From contig NC_083407.1 in NCBI RefSeq assembly GCF_020745735.1, positions 48,289,857 to 48,353,856 of the forward strand: a DNA stretch of 64,000 bases, in the 5' to 3' direction. Each line of letters begins with the position of its first letter. The first letter of the stretch is position 1. Source of the DNA: Hemiscyllium ocellatum. Lineage: Eukaryota. Shown here piece after piece: positions 62,950-64,000 of the stretch. The notes under the pieces were generated by a model. That model was given only the letters and a program-made list of their open reading frames with translations, searched no databases and was not told the origin of the DNA. The position numbers were made by a program, and so were the translations under genes.

Positions 62950-63330
62950 CTTGAACACAGTAATTTATTTGCAGGCTTGCAACACAATTCTGAGAATTGA
63001 TTTCTCATATCTGCTAGTCTCAACATGAGGAGTTTCAGCTACCATGCTGCAACAGCAACATAGTACCTACTAACTGATTTTGCAATAACAAGATTCTCCT
63101 ATGATTGCCAAACATCTATTGCTACTCAAACAAAATCTGTATAGTTTGTACATAAAGCTGAAACCTATGGAAAACATTATTAGTCTTGCTACTAAGTATC
63201 TATCATCATCAATATAACAATGACTAACAGAAGTGCATACATCATGTCAACTAATGTGTTACCTGGTAGGGATAGCTGTACCAACAGTGCCTTGTTTCCC
63301 AAAGCCAAGGTGCCTGTAAAAGAAACAGAA
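62950..63330 (+). pseudogene. Decayed FN3-like remnants
   Basis: FAGLQHNSEN*FLISA (62968-63015) and DSCTNS (63271). Confidence 0.4.
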
Positions 63331-64000
63331 TAAATCTTAAGAAACAGTGACAAAATTGTATCAGTCATTGTCCACTGAGTTGCAAATGTCCATCTCTTAA
63401 AAAACAAGGGATGCAAATATATAGGAAAGGTAAATGCATGCCTCATTTCTATTTTTGGTCTTTTTACTGGCCATTTGTTCTACTTTTTGTTCCACTGTCT
63501 CCTCTTTGGGGAAATTATTTCGATACCCTTCTTCCAGCTCCCTTTAGAGTTCCCTACTAGTTATTAAGTCCAGAGGTAACTACAATTACTGTGTGAGTAG
63601 GTGAACCAAAACTTCTTATATTAGTAAAACTGCTCTTCAACATTTGCAGCAGTTTTTTTTCATTGACTGAGGAATTCCACATGTTCAATGATGACTGAAT
63701 AAATGTCCAGTCAAGTTGTGTGAATGTAATCTCAAAATGGAGAGGCTACAGGAAGGTCTGGACTTGGAATGGGAGCAAAGGCACAATAAAAAAGTACTGA
63801 CTTGTGATTGAAACTATTAATAAAAAACTTGAAATCAGTAATAGAGCAGGAAATGTGCTAACATTTAGAAAGAAAGTGGAAATTAGAAAGGGAGTCCCTT
63901 TTTTTTGATCCACACAAAACTAAAAACACATGACCAGAAGAAGGAAAATCCTACCCACTGTGCGAGGAAGAACATTTTAATGAATTGGATGTTGGAAAAA

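Larger units (their letters stand above)
3866..63330 (+). pseudogene. Highly decayed usherin/laminin-like extracellular-matrix gene (FN3 + laminin-type EGF + laminin IV remnants), fragmented by transposable elements
   Basis: Manual translation of inter-repeat DNA, all on +. FN3-like pieces at about 3.9, 4.7-5.0, 17.5, 24.6-24.8, 32.1, 48.6 and 63.0 kb. LE-like pieces at about 19.7-20.0, 27.5, 30.1, 31.0-31.2, 37.9-38.8, 39.6-40.2, 43.6, 52.0-52.4 and 55.4 kb. L4-like pieces at about 28.4-28.7, 30.3-30.9, 39.2-39.6 and 57.8 kb. Many stops and frameshifts; boundaries approximate. Confidence 0.6.

Noticed and set aside
3866-63330. Assigning the fossil gene the symbol USH2A, LAMA1/2 or HSPG2
   Set aside because: The inferred domain order matches none of them and no diagnostic sequence identity can be verified by eye.

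Overview
Eukaryotic, repeat-dense DNA from a cartilaginous fish. The shark assignment rests on an HE1-type V-SINE and HER1/CR1 LINEs with (TGTTCTA)n/(TCTATG)n tails; the species cannot be determined. No intact protein-coding gene is present, and a large share of the window is retroelement debris: CR1, L2 and Rex1/Babar LINEs, SINEs, a Tc1/mariner MITE and Harbinger Myb remnants. Two layers stand out. (1) At least three families of Penelope-like elements (PLEs) carry minimal type I hammerhead ribozymes (HHRs) at their ends, about 20 intact or decayed motifs in all. Many occur as 50-230 bp solo or inverted cassettes with their own 9-16 bp target-site duplications (TSDs), and several are nested inside CR1 ORF2. 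(2) The apparently unique DNA between repeats, about 3.9-63.3 kb on the + strand, translates by eye (with many stops and frameshifts) into alternating fibronectin type III (FN3), laminin-type EGF (LE) and laminin IV (L4/LamB) motif fragments. This looks like the fossil of a very large usherin/laminin-like extracellular-matrix gene whose domain mix fits neither USH2A nor a classical laminin chain. All domain calls are manual and need frameshift-aware HMM or tBLASTn confirmation.
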